Shown: positions 12,933 through 25,068 of the stretch, one piece after another
Numbering within the stretch: the stretch's first letter is position 1
Layout of the letters: each line of letters opens with the position of its first letter
Assembly (NCBI GenBank): GCA_003427395.1
Contig: BFEA01000012.1
Coordinates: 2,264,331 to 2,328,330 of the forward strand
Direction of reading: 5' to 3'
Length of the DNA stretch: 64,000 nucleotides
Origin: Chara braunii
Taxonomy: Eukaryota > Plantae > Charophyceae
Position numbers and translations under genes: made by a program
The notes under the pieces: model-generated
The model's input: only the letters and a program-made list of their open reading frames with translations
What the model was told of the DNA's origin: nothing
The model's database searches: none

Positions 12933-15161
12933 ACGAGGGCAAGATCTAGTTACAAATGTAACTATACCATAATATTTGAACTACGGCTAGTAAAATGAGG
13001 ATTGAATAAGACTACAAGTGAGTATCATTCATCATAAGTTTTTTAATATTAAAAATCATTAATATTCTTACGATCACTATTATTTTATGATTTAAGAATG
13101 ATTTTTTCCTAAACCAAGGTGCAAATCCTTTTAACAATAGAGGTATCGATTGTAGCATTGATGTTTGGCAAAAACGCGTGAAGATTCAGGCGAATCTGAC
13201 CACCAATACGACTAAAATCGCAATTTACAAAGTTAGTAAGGAGAAGTGTTATGGCTAGGTAGATGGGAGCAAGAAGGAGAAGAAAAACGAGCGCAAGTGT
13301 GTCAGTGAGCACTACAGAGAGCAAGGAGGCCAGCGTGCAAATGTGAGCGATAGTGGAAGCAAGAACCACACACGAACGAGCGCATTTCAGAGCGCAGACC
13401 AACACGCGAGCACCAACAAGCGATCGTGAGTGCATCATGCCAACATGTAGCAAGTGCACGAACGGGGAGTAAAGCGCTAGCATGCGAGCAAGCAAACACG
13501 AGCACTAAAGCACATGTTGGGCGCAACAGTGCAAAGATCAACTCAAGCAAGCAAGCTCACTGGTAGTAGTAGGCGCTAGGACAGAAGCGAGCATCAGTAT
13601 ACAAATAAGTAAGTCATCGTGAAAGATAGTAAATACGAGTGGTGAAGGAGAAGGAAACAAGTAGTCTGTGAAAGAAGGAATTCACCTGCTTTGCGCCCTT
13701 CTTATAGTCAACAAGGACGACATTCCGGGCATGAGTTTTGGGATCTTGTACACGAGTTACTAAGGGACTCTCCGCATTTACCTCAATGATCGAAGAGTGA
13801 TCACCCAAAAAGAACGAGGGCAGACCAAAGTCAATACTAAGAACGAGGCTAAGAACGAATCTTCCAAAAACAACAGCTAAGGTAACTGGAAGTTCTTTTT
13901 TAATTCTTATTATTTTAATTTCATTATTATTATTAAAGATTGGGTCGAGGACGAACCAGAGTCTTATTGATAAAATGATGTTAATTCGATCACTCGCTTG
14001 AGTAAAAGTGAGAACAAGTGCGTTTTCATTTTAGTTGAAAGAGAAGGGGGAAGGAGAAGTGTGAATGCAGGATCCGGAACCAGACAAACGAGACGAAAGG
14101 AGATTGGTGCATGAGCACATGAGAGACATGATGCATGCAAAGAAGAAAGATGAAGAGTTGTGAAGGAGGTGAGGACGAGGAAAGTGAGCACGAGGAAGTA
14201 GAGCACGTACCTCGCTAGCAACCATACTCTCGTAGTAAAAACCCTCACTTATTATAGACCTCTCAAGTCATTATGTAGAGACAAAATTCGAGTTAAACTT
14301 AATGGAGGCAGTCGTCACTGTGGTCACGTTCTTCTATATAGTACAGGTATGAGCCTCGATGCTAATGGTAGGGCGACGGTTTGCTCGATTTAAAATCAAG
14401 AGGTCGCTCGCTCCTCGGGTTAAAACTTTGTTTCAATGTTTGTTTTTTATTCCCATTAGAATTATCAGTTCTTGCATCTAAGATTGTGTGTTAATACTAT
14501 ACGATTGCTTTCATTTCTCTTTCAAATACTAATCAATTTATGATGATACCTGACTGCGATTGGGCACAGGTAACGACACAGGAAAGAGAAAGCGGATATG
14601 TGAGATATATAATTAATAGTAATAGTAGTAGACGGAAAAAAGTAGAAGGGAGTGAGAGAGAGATGTATGGGCAATGCGTGGGGGCCAGGCGTGTGGAAGG
14701 GGAAGAGGGACGTGTGTAGATTAAGAAGATTGTGCGGGTGGATAAAGAACAGAAACGCGTGTGAAGGAAAATAAAGCATGTAGCCAGAGAGGAGGTTTTG
14801 GAGATACAAAAGACGAATGCTTAGCAAAAGAGGGCAAGGAAATGTGTGAAAGAGAGGCACGACGGACGCACAAGCTGGCGATTGGGGAAATGGAGAAGTG
14901 AGCATAAAGACGGAAAATACGCACGCGGGGATAAAACAACTAGCACAAAAGAGAGAAAGAAAGACAGAAAAGAGAGAGAGTACTCACCTTGGCAGTGCAA
15001 CACTGATCGCCGACCCCCGAAACATAACGCACTGATCTTGACTGTACCGGATCGGAAACATAGCTTGTATACATTCATTATCGTTATTTTATAACTACTA
15101 TTTTTATGATAATGATCATTCTCATTCGCATTCTTATTCTTATTCTTATTATCATTTTTAT

Positions 15162-16424
15162 CAGGGTTACGACCCCGTACGTACGGAGGCCGCTAGGCGG
15201 ACCTCCGTACGTTTGAGCGTTCGGGGGCCAAACCTGGGGTCTGAACCTGAAGGGGTTCGGCCCCCGCCAAAAATGATTTTCACACCTAAAAATAATTTTT
15301 TTTTCTGATTTTTTTTTGCATTCTCGATGATGTTAGGTACATGCCTAAAACTTTTGAAGTCATTTTGCTAAGCCAAAACAAAATAAAAAAATTCCAAAGA
15401 TGGAGGTGTCAGAAATTGCTCGCCCACTTACAAAGTTTTTTTTTTTTCACTTTTAACTTTTTGTTTTCACTTTATTTTGGAGCCTAGATAATTTTATTAT
15501 TTTTTGAAACTTTTTTCATGAGTTTTTCATTATCTTTATATAAAATTTCAGGGTTTTTGAATGTGCCAAAAACAAATAAACAATCGTCAAAGATGGCGAT
15601 GTCGAAAACAAGCTTTCGCGCTCAATAATTTTAATTCCCTAATTTTTATTTTCATTTTTATTTATTTTTTTATTAGTATTTATTTCTTGTAGTTTATTTT
15701 TTTATTTTAAATTTGGTAAGGAATTTTTATGTAATACTCAGGCAAATATTATTTATTCTATTTTCATGCATAACATATGTTTATATATATATATATATAG
15801 GTTTACCAGGTCGAACGTACGAAGGCCCCTAAGCTGACCCCCGAACGTTCGGGCGTTCGGGTCCCCGTATGAGGCCCGAACTTGAAAGGGTATGGACCCC
15901 GCAAAAAATTATTTTGGCACCCAAGGTTTTTTTTTTTTTTTTTTAATGTTTTTTTGTTAGTTCTTTGTGATTTAAGGAATCTCCAGCTTAATTTTGAAGT
16001 CATTCTGTTCAGCCAAAAAACAATGAAAAATCCTCAAAGGTGGTGGTGTTAAAACTTGCTTGCCCACTCACAAATTTGTTTTTTCTCTCTTTTCACTTTT
16101 TGTTTTTCCTTTATTTCGGGGCATACAACAATTTATTATTTTTTCAAACTTTATTCGTAGATTCTCTATTATGTAAGATACACATATATAAATTTTCATA
16201 GCATTTCTCACAGCCAAGAAAAAAATAAAAATCGCTAAAGATGGCGGTGTCGAAAACGTGCTCTCCCACTCAATAATTTAATTCTCGTTTTGTTTTTTTT
16301 AATTTTTATTATTATTATCTATTTTTAGTATTTGATTTTTATTTCAAATTTGGTAAAGAATTTGGATATAACGTTGACGCAAATGTTGTTTAGTTTATTC
16401 GTCTGCATAACATTTATATTTTTC

Positions 16425-16467
<43 letters not shown>

Positions 16468-16673
16468 AAATCCTCGTTCAGCCGAACGGGCGAACGCATC
16501 GAGAGAGGGTGCCGAACGTCCGGGCGTTCGGCCCGTCCCGAACACCGACAACCCTATATATATATATATTTATTCGTGTTCGGCCCGAATGACCGAACGC
16601 ATCCCCACGAGATCACGTACGTTCGGGCATTCGCGTTTGGACATTCGGCCCGTCCCGAACGCCAATTACCCTG
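15162..16673 (+). mobile_element. Non-autonomous hAT-like element (outer copy)
   Basis: Termini CAGGGTTAC...ATTACCCTG; 8-bp flanks ATTTTTAT / ATTTCTAT (7/8 TSD); CCGAAC/CGTACG subterminal repeats. Confidence 0.8.
15798..16556 (+). mobile_element. Second copy of the same hAT-like family nested in the (TA)n tract of the outer copy
   Basis: Termini TAGGTTTACC...ACAACCCTA with (TA)n on both sides; body colinear with 15162-15780 plus 16557-16673. Confidence 0.75.
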
Positions 16674-18231
16674 ATTTCTATTATAATAATTTAATTATTA
16701 TAACATTTTAATTGTAGCTATGAAGAAAAATGAGCATGGAAAAAGAATCACCAGTGGATAACGAGAAGCAGAGCACTAAGAATGCAAAGATTGCAGAAAC
16801 AACATGACGAACAAGTAAGAGGAAGAAGAATGCAGAGGAAAGAAGAAAAACGAAGAAGAAAAAAAAGAGGAAAAACACGTACATGTATTATTGACCTTTT
16901 GCTGACTATTGTGGTTGTATCGAATCAAAAGGTAGCCAATTATACGACAGTCTTCTTTTTAACTTAAGTGCCTTACCCTCCATTATTCTTAATTTAAATC
17001 TCCTTGGAAAAAAAATAGAAATATATAATAAATATGAAAATATTTATTATGTGAAGAAAAAAAAGGAAGAACATACAAATTTATCCAAAAACGTACATGA
17101 CGCTCTTTTCTCTTGATCGTTGACTCCCTTTGTTGTGACCTATTACTCAATTATTAGTCCAAAAAATATTAGAGTTGTATAGTATCATATGTGACAAAAT
17201 AATTGAAAATATATTTTATTTAATTAGTGATAAAAAAACTATTTTGTTTTATGTTCACTTAACACAAAAATAACTTGAATACCTAAATGCAAAAAATGTT
17301 TGAGAAAGTTTTCTTACTTGCACTTCTTAGATCATTAACCCGAGTTCCCACACATTTTATGTAGTAAATAAAAAAGTGTTGGGGTAAACAAAAGTTCAAG
17401 TGTCATAACTTTCATGATTGTTAATTTTCATTTCATTGCAGGAAAATTCTACAATAAATAATTAGATGTATTAAAAGTTTCAATATATCAAGAGAAAAGA
17501 GGGGCGAAAAAAAAAAAATTATACAAAAAAAAAAAAATCAAATCAAATGTCTATGATTTTTTTTCTTTTCTGTGACTCACTACTCAACCATTAATATAGG
17601 AAGAGTTAGAGTTCGTATAGAATCACATATAGTAAACTCCAGTGGTGATTACGTGTTTGACCTTATGTTTATTCAACATCGAAATGACTTGATAATTAAA
17701 CTTAAAAAGCAGTCAAGGAAAATTTGGGATGATTGCAAATTTAAGGTTGTTATCTCTAGTATCCATACGTTTTATGCAGTAAATAAATAATGCCATATAT
17801 TGTTTCTTGAGTGAACATAGGGGTGACATACAAATTTATCCCATTATACGAATCCTAATCAGACCATCTTATAATGAGCAATTGAAAGGTGAAGTGCAAA
17901 TTTATTTTTTATCCATCTTTTCTTGACCACAAACATATTCAGCGTAGTTCGTGAATCCCTATCTCGTATCAATCTATTGACTATTATTAAATAGAAATAA
18001 AAATTTTATATTTTGAGAAAAGTAACAACTATAAAATTACGCTACCAGCCATACCCCCTTGATCATCCTATTTTCCTTGGCAGCCCGACCGTGCATATAT
18101 CAGGGAAGATCCCATAAAAAAAAAACTATGTTATACAGAAAAATAAATTGAACAACATTTGTCTTAATGTCACATCAATTTTTTATTAAATTTTAAATTA
18201 AAAAAATAAAAAATAAATTTTATTTACCTAT

Positions 18232-18261
<30 letters not shown>

Positions 18262-18263
<2 letters not shown>

Positions 18264-18297
18264 GCTCGGCCGAACAAGTGGTTCCGGGTTACTCTAG
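18262..18297 (+). mobile_element. Possible Helitron 3' terminus
   Basis: GC hairpin (CCGAAC-AAGTG-GTTCCGG) a few nt before CTAG|T at the end of a long AT-rich stretch. 5' end not identified. Confidence 0.25.
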
Positions 18298-18529
18298 TAG
18301 CCTAGCTATAAAATGAATTACAATCAAGTCCACATATGTATTTCAAGTTAGAGAAGATGTTTTTATTTATTTTTTCCGTGTTGAATGATTCCACATACAT
18401 AGTTATCATTTTTCATTAGGGGAAAATGACAACTATACTTGAATAAAATTAACAACTGTAAAATGAAGTGCAATTGAGTGTAATCCCTTTGAGAAAGAAA
18501 AATGGCATGAGAAGTTGTTATGGTATGGT

Positions 18530-18712
18530 GCAGCCTTGGACAGGGGTAAGTTGTACCTCACACCCCCCTATCCTGACGTGGGGGTTCGTGAGAGGTATGG
18601 CTGGTGCACTCAGCCGGAGCAGCGAAAGCTCCACCACGAAGAAGTCCTGTACAAATTCTACATGACGTGGCCGGGAGGGTCCCCCTGTGGGACCGATGCG
18701 CTTGACAACTGG
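18530..18712 (+). repeat. Dispersed repeat, copy 2 (see 11995-12190)
   Basis: Direct alignment by eye with copy 1. Confidence 0.8.
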
Positions 18713-19071
18713 ATGAGGGCTGTTCACTTCAAAAACACCCTTACCTCCCCTCCAACTTCAATGTTCACTATTGTGTTTCTTCCCCGTTGAATGATTATGT
18801 GTTTGTCATGTGAAGTTGAATTGAAAAAATTCTCGAAATACAAATGGTTGTTATATCTTTTGTTTTTTTTTATGTCTTGTCTTGTGAAGTATCCTCGAAT
18901 AATATTTGAACTTGAATGACGAAAAGTGGTTTGACATTCATTCATGTTGCCAAGGGGAGATAATATGAGAGGATATTATTGTGGTAGGAGAAATGGGTTA
19001 AGCCCTGGTTCCCCTAGACCCTTCACTCCTCGTTAATTTTTACGTTAGTATGATTTTTTTTAATTTTTTTT

Positions 19072-19397
19072 TGTCTTTAGTGTAAGAGTTGTTATGGTCA
19101 CCTTGAAAATCTTCAAAGACTTCTATGACACCTTGTCATTGAAGTTGTAGTAGATAAAAATGTGGTTAGGGTAAGGAACTATGTCCTTGCCCCATTAACA
19201 ATCCCCCGCCTACCCCCAAACTATTGTGTTTTTTTTCTTTGTCTTTAGTGTATGAGTTGTTATGGTCGCCTTGAAAGTCTTCAAAGACTTTTATGACAAC
19301 TTGTCATTCAAGTTGTAGTAGAGAAAAATGTAGTTAGGATAAGGGACTGTTCCCTTGCCCCATTAACAATCCCCCTTCTACCCCCAAACTATTGTGT
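19072..19397 (+). repeat. Tandem duplication, ~168-bp unit x2
   Basis: TGTCTTTAGTGTA.GAGTTGTTATGGTC...CCCCATTAACAATCCCC...CCCCCAAACTATTGTGT occurs twice. Confidence 0.9.
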
Positions 19398-19617
19398 ATA
19401 ATATATGTCATTCCTAATCATCCTAATGCATATATATATTTAAGGAGAGATGTCATGAGGATATATTTTTTTGTGGTTTTGTACGCTTAGGGATACTTAT
19501 GAGGGAGAAGGAGTGTAAGTTAGTCGTGAGGAGAGGTAGGTTATGCATTTGTGACTGCAATATTGTTGTATGTTTTGTGAATGCATACATAGAAAAATGT
19601 TATGACAAAGGAAGTCG

Positions 19618-20792
19618 ATGGGGTGGGGGATGTTGCATGAGCATCCAGGCGTTCCACGTATGCAGTGGCCGAGGTTCTCCGATCAGTCGATTACAGGTGG
19701 GAGAGTTTATATGGGCGTTGTGGGGGACGATGCTAGAGCGACGATGCAAAGTTCGAATATGGACGTCAACATTCGCGGGGAGGCGGAGACACAAAGAGGG
19801 GGCTTTGGCGGGGGAAGTGCCCCCCGCACTGTCGCATCGCCCGATCGCATTGATTTCTCAATGCTGGCAATGGAAGATGGGGACTGTCGGCGGCCCTCCC
19901 CCAACGCAGGAGCGCACGACGTGTGGAATGGTCCTGTGGAGGACATTGCCGGGACGCAGACAACGACGGATGGTGATGGACAGTCCGTGCAGGGGATAGC
20001 GACTGCAGGTACGGGGGAGACATGAGAAGGTGGTAAGAAAACGGCAATAGCGAGCAATGCCGGTCTGGTTGGAGAGTCTGCCGAGAAAGGAAAGAGTCGG
20101 GGCGACAATTGGAGGTTCGATGAAACGTTGGAGCTACTGCAATGCCTCGCGGAAGAGGATGCTATGCACGTCAACAGACGGAGAAGGCAGCAGATGAAGG
20201 GAAAGAAAGAGATATGAGTGGGTGGTGTCGAAGATGGTGCAACAAGGCTTGGCGAAAAGGCGTGTAGGGGAGTGCAAGAGAAAGTCTTACTTTCTTGTGG
20301 ACCAGGCGAAGAAGATCAGGGACTTCCATAACCGGTTGGGCGAGCGGATCTACTGGAACATGGAGAAACATGAGAGAAAGCAGGCCGGGTTGCCCCTGCA
20401 TTATGAGCGGCAATGTTGGGATGCGATTCAGTGGAAGTTGGGGAAGTCTTTCAGGCCTTGCGACCAAGTGGGGAGCTCTGTTGATGTTCTTGGAGGTGCC
20501 ACCAGCGCTGTTACATCGAATGTTGAAGGGGGGGGGGGGGGGGGTGAGCGAGGGAACTGTGTCACGTAGGCGAGCGAGAGTGGCTTGTCGGAGGAGTCCA
20601 AGTACCAGCATACCGGAGGAGGAAGTCGACGCAGTAGGTCGGACTCCCCGGCTGCAGGTGGAGAGAGACGAAACCATGTCCGACATCATGATGACGTTGG
20701 CGGATTCGAACAAACAAACTGCAAAAATGCTTGCGAGAACTTTTGTTAACTGCTTTGGAGGGGTTGAACAAGACGATGGTCGGTGGCAATAG
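19618..20792 (+). pseudogene. Harbinger ORF1, Myb/SANT-like (trihelix) DNA-binding protein, disrupted
   Basis: Read through the stop at 20023 and a frameshift near 20213: RGDNWRFDETLELLQCLAEED...YEWVVSKMVQQG...ECKRKSYFLVDQAKKIRDF...YWNMEKHERKQAGLP, a trihelix pattern. Confidence 0.75.
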
Positions 20793-21193
20793 CGCCTTGC
20801 TCCAATACTTCGCCATGCTGACGGGGTCCTTGGCTTGACGTTCTGCACACGATTCCAATGGCGGCGGGGCGAACGTGGACCGGATAGGAGCGAGGAGAGT
20901 CGACCACATGAGCAATGACGTCAACACACTGAGTCAACCACATGAGCAATGACGTCAACACAGTGATTTGAGTATTGCAATGCGGCTGGTGGAGATGGTC
21001 GATCCCACCACGAGATGCCAACATGTGAGAGACATCAACTGCGACACTGACGCCGTTGGCATGGCGCCTTCCATCGTTTTCATGTCTTCTCCCCTGGTGG
21101 TTAGCGAGTGTGTTGTTTGGTTGTAATGTGCAAGTTTTTTTTTTTTTTTTTGGTTTTCGTTTGTCATTCTGTGCTTGCAGGATTCCCTTCGCC

Positions 21194-21784
21194 ATGAAAC
21201 CCATTTCTTCCCCTGCGAAAATTCCTCTCGAGAAAGTCCCGAATATGGTTGGAGACTTCGCACTCATGCATTGCTGAATAATAGAGAACGCGCACGAGCT
21301 CGCAAGAAAGAGAGGGGTTTTATTTGAGTGTGTGCACACAATGGTTGCGGAGCGGAGGCGAATGCGCGACGATGTTGATGACATGAACTTAAGGGAGGTC
21401 GTCACCGCATCCGAGTCCAAGCTGACGAATGTCGAGCGCCTTGTTGCAGAGCTGCAAGACGAGGCCGACCGCCTCCATGCACGGGATCTCGTAATGGAGA
21501 AGGAGGTTCGCAAGGACCAGGAGGGGGGGTGAAAGATATTAACGTCAATGGTTCCATCTTCTCCGATGAAGCTCCAGTTCACTCCCATGGCCGGAGGACA
21601 GTTGGTGGTGCGGTCGTTCATGGACGACCATGCTCAAATCTGAGGAGATCTCCGGATACCAACCGCCGTGAGATCGCCTAGATTGTTGAACGTTTATGTC
21701 GGACAGTCGCGGGGGATGCATACTCGTCCACCGGTGGGATGGCGGGGGGAAGTGGGAGATGCAATCGCCGTAGTCTGCTTGTGA
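21194..21784 (+). pseudogene. Additional coiled-coil-rich ORF remnant inside the Harbinger
   Basis: A single frame of ~197 codons with 3 internal stops (MKPISSPAK...LTNVERLVAELQDEADRLHARD...), preceded by a polypyrimidine/TTGCAG acceptor at 21180. Confidence 0.4.
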
Positions 21785-23669
21785 AAAAGGTCTGACGTGG
21801 TTGTTTTGGTTGCGGTCTTGTAGTAGTTGGGGGGGGGGGGGGGGACTCACCATTGCTGACGCAACAACCGGTGTGGAATTTGAAATCATGTCACTGTCAA
21901 CTTCGTCATGTCATTTACATTTTTGAAATCGCGTGAAACATTTTACATCGTTTGTGTGTCGCTGTCATGTCATTGTCATTCGAGAAGTGATGTGTGGCGC
22001 ACAAGAGGTCATGCATGTGTGAACGTCATGTCACTCTCATTTTTTAAATTGTGTGGAATGTTTTTTATTTCATATTTGTATGTGTATTTCTTCTATTTTT
22101 ATTATTTTTCCTGATATGTGTTCTTTTGTTTTCATGTCATTTCATACCACACTGGAATGTTGTTGGGTTTTTTTGTCGTCTACCATGCAATGTTAACGAC
22201 GCGCGGACGGTTAAAGTGACGAAAAATTAACCAAAAACAATGGAACCCTGTTGTGGATCCCCCCTTCCCCCCCCCCGCCCCCCCCGTCATTGTACAACCG
22301 TGTGTCTTGACGGTATGTATTTCGTCGACACAATGAATGAATGTCATATGTGCACGACTTGTCTCGATCATCATTATGTTTTTGAAATTGTCGAGTAAAT
22401 CATTGGTGGTTACCGACCTGTCGTGTCCAGATATCGAACAATTGCGATATTCGGTTTGTTTCTGTTTTGTATTGATTTATATATATTTTTTAATTTTTAG
22501 TTTTCCTCCACCACCGTTTCCACGTGTCACTGTCGCGCCCAGTCTCACGCCCACAGGCCACCACCTATATAGACAGTGAGAGGTGTTGTTCGCCCCGTAA
22601 TTCCAGCGGACCGGTGATGAGAAGGTGACGCTGAACTGGGTTTGTGCACACCAGGCGCTATGAGCAGCGATACGGTGAATTTGTGTGCTCACTTGAAGGA
22701 CTGTTTCTCTCCAGTGTGATGCACGCCGTACCCGGCAGTTGAGATGCCAAATGGTGGAGATGGTTTCATGTCCGTCTTGCAAAAGGTGTGCATGGTGGAC
22801 GTCGGGGACACGCTCGCAGTTCACAGCGTGTGTCCCGAGCGCGATGGCAGGTGCAAGTGGTGGAAGGGAACTTCGTCGTTGAGGAGGTCGAAATCTTCGT
22901 TGAGGAATGGCGGACACCATGTCTGCTTGCAGGTGATTGCGCATCACGAGGGTTGGTATATGACAGGCGCAAACTGGGAATCAGTAAAGGGTCGTGCTCT
23001 GCGAATCCTCGTTTTTGCCGTTATGGAACGTTTTGCATGACATTACTTGTGTCATAGGTGGATCATTTCTTTGGAAGAGGACTACTCATATATGTTTTTG
23101 GAGGGAAGGAAGGAGTGCAAGATGCCGTATACAAGCCGATGATCAGAGGGCTGGCTGGCGGAGAAGACATTCGACAGGAGAGAATAGAGGACAATGCCTA
23201 CAGTGGAGTGGGATCGTGACCATTCCCAATCCAGCTTAGAGGATCGACAGAAGCGCGGGACCGTTGACATACATAGATATTGAAGGGGTTGTGCACGGGG
23301 TCATCGATTACCGGGTGGATTAACTGATTGATTAATTGGTTGATTGATTGATTGGCGGGGAAGGGGTCATCCATCAATGTTTTATGTCGCGTGTGTGACA
23401 CAGTAACACGCAGCAACAGAAAGAAAAAAGCAGACAGTGACCCGAACATGGAAAAGCAAAACGCATGGACAATAATGTTATTTTTTTTGAACAACCATTG
23501 GACACAATTGCCGATACAATTTGAACTTCAACATGGAATGGGGTCTCTCTCTCCATACACATATCTATACATATCAGCACCTGATTTGCAGTGATATCTA
23601 TTTGCATACACATATATCTATCGCGTGAGGCCATTGGCCCGCCCGCGGAAAACACGGTCGACGTGCGAC

Positions 23670-25068
23670 ACACAGCGGATTGAAGCAAAGCGAATGTCCT
23701 CGCCCTCTTTGAAACGCTGGCGATGAGAGAGGTTGGGATTGTGCCCCCCTTCGTCTTCTTCGTCGCGGTCATTGCCTCCCACTGCTTCTTTTGGGGTCAG
23801 TGGTCCCGCACATGTTTCCCCTCCCCTGACTCGTGAAGAAGCACATCCTCGTTAATATGAAAAATCTCGTCAATAATGAGATTGTGAAGTATGCAACAGG
23901 TCAGGAACCGTTTGCAGATGTTTTTCATGTTAGGGATGCGTCACCACCCGAAACAACGCCACATGCCTTTTAACCTCCCGAAGCATCTTTCGATGCTTGC
24001 ACGCAGAGCCGACAACTTCGTGTCGAATGCAGATTCCGCTGCATTGCGTGCATTGCCCCCGAAAGGGGTTATCAACCATAGCAACAAAAGAAATTCGGCG
24101 TTACCTAAGACGTACCTCCTGATCATTGTCCCATCACATAGCACGTTCGTTCGTCTGCCGAACAGCTCCCTCCCCTCCTCCACACGATTACCAGCGTCTG
24201 AAAGTCGCCAAACGCGCGAGTCCTGCACGGAGCCAGGGGCCCCCCCACACACATCGAGAATTCCGAGATTTTCATTGCACACGACTTGAGCGACGATTGG
24301 GTATTGCATTGTTTTATCGTAGTACGACTCCGCCTCCCCTCCACGTGGCTTGTTCATGTAGATATGGGTAAAATCAACAAGCTCGATACAGTCGGGGAAT
24401 CCTCTCACCTCGAAGTAGTCAAGCATTGTTTGCAGACATGCCCCGTTGAACCACTGCACTTTGTCCCCGTACTCGCTCATGAGGGCTTAGGAAACATCAT
24501 CAGTGCATCGGACAACGATGTGAAGACCAATGCCAAAGTCGTTTCCGCACTGATGGTAATATACATCAGTCACTCATCTATAAAGAGCGAATGCGAACTT
24601 TAAGTTCGTTGTCAATGGCGCATGCCATGGGGTGACTTGTATTTGGATGTGCGGAGCCATGCGGGCCAAAACGAGGATGAACGCCAGTTTCGTGAGCCTC
24701 ATGTATGACCGAAACTTCTCGTCGTGCTCCACACCCTCCACGAGTAGCTCCTCCCATGTCCCCCCAACACGCGGGTGCACCCGAAAACGACACTGACAGT
24801 GGATTCTCAAATGTCGACCTCTCCCGTGGCCTGGCCTGCGTGCCTCCTCTACCGCCAAAATGAACGTTGTTGCAGATATTGTGTACACACCAACAAGGTT
24901 CGTTGCCACGTGGAGGACAAGAAGCGCAAGCATGAATGTCACGTATTGCCTCATCCTTAGCCATCGCACAGTAGCCACGCACATCAACACCACTTCGGTC
25001 AGTGACATCTCCACAAGTGCGAACGACATGGCTGTGTGTATGTCTGTGCCTTTGCATCCCACTCCCAC
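23670..25068 (-). pseudogene. PIF/Harbinger (HARBI1-like, DDE_Tnp_4) transposase, inactivated
   Basis: Same frame across stops: FRSYMRL...FAFALYR*...GFPDCIELVDFTHI...GGAPGSVQDSRVW...YVLGNAEF...LITPF...RASIERCFGRLKGMWR...CCILHN. The second catalytic Asp reads Asn. Confidence 0.92.

Noticed and set aside
20171-21621. 225-aa and 291-aa minus-strand ORFs
   Set aside because: Antisense shadows of the GC-rich plus-strand Harbinger ORFs.
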